DNA of 63,096 bases, counting the filler, from Candidatus Woesearchaeota archaeon (GTDB lineage Archaea; Nanobdellota; Nanobdellia; Woesearchaeales; DATGWN01): assembly GCA_047603125.1 (NCBI GenBank). It is 9 parts of 9 records of this genome, joined end to end, with 100 filler letters (N's around TTAATTAATTAA, not from the genome) between each part and the next. Parts side by side here need not be neighbours in the genome. Positions count along the whole stretch, not along the records: positions 59,895 to 63,096 come from JBLKOU010000064.1; 8 more parts are not named here. The stretch is one strand, 5' to 3'. The translations under genes were made by a program, and so were the position numbers. The notes beneath the pieces are model-generated. The model saw only the letters and a program-made list of their open reading frames with translations, was not told the DNA's origin and made no database searches. Shown piece after piece: positions 59,895-63,096 of this stretch (within the stretch, counting starts at the first letter, position 1; each line of letters opens with the position of its first letter).

Positions 59895-60159
59895 AAGAAG
59901 AGAGAATCTTCTGCTCTGCATCGCTTATTGGAGCACCAAACAACGGCTTTGATTTCTTCCATTTTTCTAATAAATCTTGTAAAGAGGTTTTGGAATACGC
60001 AAGAGTATCAAGATATAAATCAAAAGTCATATCTTTATCAAATTCAAGTATATCTACCAGATTTAGATGCTATTCATTGGCATCTGAATGTGATGCCATA
60101 TTCTTCGGATAATTTTTTTTAGAAGCAATTTCTGAGAGGTATTGATATAAGTGTTTCAT
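59895..60159 (-). pseudogene. Probable gene remnant with in-frame TAG (60070-60072)
   Basis: ATG at 60159, TAG after 29 codons, then continues in frame (HLNLVDILEFDKDMTFDL...) into the contig end. Confidence 0.4.
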
Positions 60160-60209
60160 ACTATCACTTCTAACCAAACTTTTATATACTCTTCAACTAA
60201 AAATAAGTT

Positions 60210-61364
60210 ATGAAAATTTACTTAGGAATTTTTTTCTACCTAATTATATTAACTGCGTGTTCTATTGAAAATGATTTAACAGAATCCGATTTTATTGAAA
60301 ATACACTTCATAGGTTTATGGTTGATAGTGAAATTGATGAGAGTGAATATGTATTTCATTTTACTTTAGAATTAAAATTTCCGCTTGAAGCTCATAGCAC
60401 ACAGGTTGAAAATTACACAGGTTTTATTCCTGAAGACATTATACTTAAAGAAGTAACTGAAAATGGTGAAATTCTTAGAGACATAGGAACATTGCACCAC
60501 GTCGTGGGAGATGAAAGAAAATTTCACCTTGAAGGGAGTACTTATATAGAGATTGAGAGATTTACTGGAACGTATGTAATACCGTGGTCTGGTGAGAGAA
60601 CAAGACATGTTATATTTATTTTTGAAAGAAATAACACCTTATATAAAAGTACGCCATATTCATTTGACTATGAAAGGCTTTCTCTTCATCACAAAAGATT
60701 TGTTAGAATTCAAGAAGAGGGTCCCAAACCAAATCCACCATCATTTTGGCGAAGTGAAGAAACAAATACATTTGAAGTATTTGTTAACGCAAAGGAAATT
60801 ATGGATGTAGATGGTCAAATTCCATTATCTGTATCACTTGAAGAGATAGATAAAGATGAAACGCTTATACAAAAAATTGTTAATTTAAATTTATCCGAAG
60901 GGTCATATCGTGGAATTATTGATATTCCTAAAAGTGATAGGAGCATACGTTATTTTCGTGCAAGTCTAGAAAGAACAACTGGTGAAATTGCGCAGAGTAA
61001 TCCTACCCGCATATACTATGAGGTGGAGATAATACCTATTATTACAGGTGAAGAAAAACGTGCTCAGAATAGAGTGGAAGATAATGGTGAACTTTTCTAC
61101 CCTGATGAAATTGATGTCTGTTTTGCTCAAAAAACACCTTCAGAACGAATTGCACAGATATTGAATGAACAACAACTAAAAGCAATACCTCCATTATCCT
61201 CCGGTTCTTATGAAATACATGATCAGTGTTTTTGGCTTTTGTTGTATAATCAGCGTCTCGAAACAGCAGAAGATACTATTACACTTGCACAAAAGCTCAT
61301 GGATTATGAAGAAATTCTATTCGCATTACCTAACTATTTAATACAAACTACTGTCCAAGAATGA
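60210..61364 (+). CDS. Acidic lipoprotein
   Basis: LTAC lipobox; two similar Ig-like segments; C-terminal YPDEIDV.F...A.PNY. Confidence 0.75.
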   Translation: MKIYLGIFFYLIILTACSIENDLTESDFIENTLHRFMVDSEIDESEYVFHFTLELKFPLEAHSTQVENYTGFIPEDIILKEVTENGEILRDIGTLHHVVGDERKFHLEGSTYIEIERFTGTYVIPWSGERTRHVIFIFERNNTLYKSTPYSFDYERLSLHHKRFVRIQEEGPKPNPPSFWRSEETNTFEVFVNAKEIMDVDGQIPLSVSLEEIDKDETLIQKIVNLNLSEGSYRGIIDIPKSDRSIRYFRASLERTTGEIAQSNPTRIYYEVEIIPIITGEEKRAQNRVEDNGELFYPDEIDVCFAQKTPSERIAQILNEQQLKAIPPLSSGSYEIHDQCFWLLLYNQRLETAEDTITLAQKLMDYEEILFALPNYLIQTTVQE

Positions 61365-61409
61365 TGAAAGTTGAGGAATTTGTCTAATAAGCTTTCGTTA
61401 ATTTTTATT

Positions 61410-61709
61410 CTATTCGAATTCAACAATAACACTATTTGTATCAATGACTATTCTTTTCTTACCAATTTCTGCCTTACGCACATTATTCTTTTGTACGGAT
61501 TGCTTCTTGAACTGAGTTTATATTTCTTGTGCAACTGACTTAAAATCTAGTTCAGTTATCTTTACCTTTCTAAATAAAAATCTTTCTTTAACAAGGAACG
61601 CACTAAATTGCTTTCCTGGGTTTAATTTTGCAATACTTTGGACTTTAGAGAAAAAATAACCCCAAAAAAGACACAAACCATTTATATGCGAACATCTCAA
61701 AAGAGACAA
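61410..61709 (-). pseudogene. Decayed AbrB-PIN (VapBC-like) remnant
   Basis: LNPGKQF..FLFRKV..DF, internal TAA, then KRIVIDTN truncated by TAG. Confidence 0.45.
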
Positions 61710-61710
61710 A

Positions 61711-62805
61711 ATGAATAAGGGGTGGTTTCTCCTAGTTAGTATTTTTCTTGGTTGTGTACAGGTCTTTAGCTCATCTCACTCCGCGGATCATTCTTTTGGC
61801 CCTTCTTTTCCCCTTGAATATGTCTCGCAAGAATACTATGTACTTGTTGGCGCAGGACTTCTAGTAGCAATGGTTTTTGCAACGCTACTGCTCGAGTCAA
61901 ACGTGCAAAAAATAAGCCTTAAAGCAAATAAAACGGTAAGTCTCGTTTTATTAGGTGTGGCAAGTTCGCTCCCTCTAATAATTATTTCAATTACAAGTGC
62001 GCTCAGTGGCAATACCACCATTGCGCTTGTAAGCATTATTGGCACAAATATAGCAAATATTACGCTCGTTTTAGGGCTTTTAGGACTCTTAAAACCACTT
62101 TCTATAGGAAAAAACTTTTTGATTGGCGTATGTGCGTTTATTACGCTCCTAGCCCTCACAGCTCTCTTTTTTGTTAGTGTCGCAACACCCTTTGATCAGC
62201 AAGCTTCACCAATTATTGATCAAAAAAGCGAGGCATTTTTAGAAATAAAAGACGTGTTTTGGTTGGTAGTCATTTTTTTTATATTTCTTGTTCTTGTACA
62301 AAAATTCTTTCATCAAATTCCTGTAGAAAATGTGCAATTTTCTCTTCTTGGAGCAACGCTAAAATCACTTTTATATGGAACATTTGTTTGTTGGAGTGCA
62401 TTTGAGGCAACAAGAATTTTTATTTTGATAGCACAAATCAATAATGTGCCTGATATAATTATTGCAACAACACTCGTTTTAATTGGAACATCGCTTCCTG
62501 AGCTCTCTGTTGGACTCGCAGCAATCGTAAAAAAACATGACGTTGATGTGTCGAGTAATCTTATAATGAGTGTGCTGGTTAATTTAGTTGTTCCTATAAG
62601 TTTGATTCTTGCGATTACCAAAACAATGGTTGTTGAAGATTTTATTCTATCGTATCACATTCCCTTTCTTTTACTGAGCTTTTTATTTGCCATAGGCTGC
62701 CTCTATTCTCGAGTAGATTTTCTTGGAAGGTTTAAGAGTCTCTTGCTCATTGGTTTATATGTTCTGTTCATCGTCGGTCTTTCTGTTGATTTTCATTTTT
62801 TTTGA
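61711..62805 (+). CDS. CaCA family cation/Ca2+ antiporter (YrbG-like)
   Basis: Alpha repeats ASSLP..IGTNIAN and GTSLPEL..SN. Confidence 0.88.
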   Translation: MNKGWFLLVSIFLGCVQVFSSSHSADHSFGPSFPLEYVSQEYYVLVGAGLLVAMVFATLLLESNVQKISLKANKTVSLVLLGVASSLPLIIISITSALSGNTTIALVSIIGTNIANITLVLGLLGLLKPLSIGKNFLIGVCAFITLLALTALFFVSVATPFDQQASPIIDQKSEAFLEIKDVFWLVVIFFIFLVLVQKFFHQIPVENVQFSLLGATLKSLLYGTFVCWSAFEATRIFILIAQINNVPDIIIATTLVLIGTSLPELSVGLAAIVKKHDVDVSSNLIMSVLVNLVVPISLILAITKTMVVEDFILSYHIPFLLLSFLFAIGCLYSRVDFLGRFKSLLLIGLYVLFIVGLSVDFHFF

Positions 62806-62854
62806 ACTAGAAAATGGACGTGTCAAAAATTACATGAAAAGTATACTGACATCC

Positions 62855-62954
62855 TTGCTACTGCACGGCGATTTCACGACAGCTGTCTTTTCTGCGTCGA
62901 AGCACCTGCATGAATCGGCACTTCTCCTGATTTTACGCCAAGGTGCAGTAGCAA
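62855..62954 (-). repeat. Structured repeat subfamily D (diverged relative of A)
   Basis: 12-bp closing stem TTGCTACTGCAC/GTGCAGTAGCAA; shares CTTGGCGTAAAATC, GATTCATGCA and GTCGTGAAATCGCC with A. Confidence 0.88.
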
Positions 62955-63096
62955 TCTTTTTTGTTTTTCGGACATTGCTAGAAAAACTCAATATTTAAAA
63001 ACCACTATTCCTAGCAGGTAATTATGATTGTATGTTAAACCCCGCATTTTTTATTATAGTTTAAAAAACTATAATTGGTGATAAAAAATGACAGGG

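Noticed and set aside
60070..60072. In-frame TAG as stop-codon recoding
   Set aside because: TAG terminates conserved genes here (e.g. rpl2, rpl6, rps19); decay is the simpler explanation

Overview
Compact, AT-rich archaeal sequence, most likely a DPANN (Woesearchaeota-like) metagenome bin. The assignment rests on the fused PriS-PriL primase, the archaeal ribosomal proteins and TATA boxes about 30 nt upstream of start codons. The window is nine contigs joined by eight artificial 100-nt N-linkers (N44-TTAATTAATTAA-N44), so adjacency across gaps is not biological. Core content: the S10-spc ribosomal operon (rpl3 to secY plus EMC3), a stand-alone 5S rRNA, three tRNAs, hisS, proS, tfs, oapABC, pth2, glycosyltransferases, large surface proteins, and intact or decayed toxin-antitoxin modules. 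Most notable observations: (1) Many intergenic spaces hold members of one structured repeat superfamily (about 12 copies, 4 sequence subfamilies). They share a fixed multi-stem architecture with covarying stems and conserved junction motifs, and some carry a 42-44 nt insert with no target duplication. (2) A tRNA-Thr has an A34 (AGT) anticodon, which is atypical for Archaea. (3) The fused primase appears to have lost all four Fe-S cysteines. No transposase, CRISPR array or reverse transcriptase is visible.
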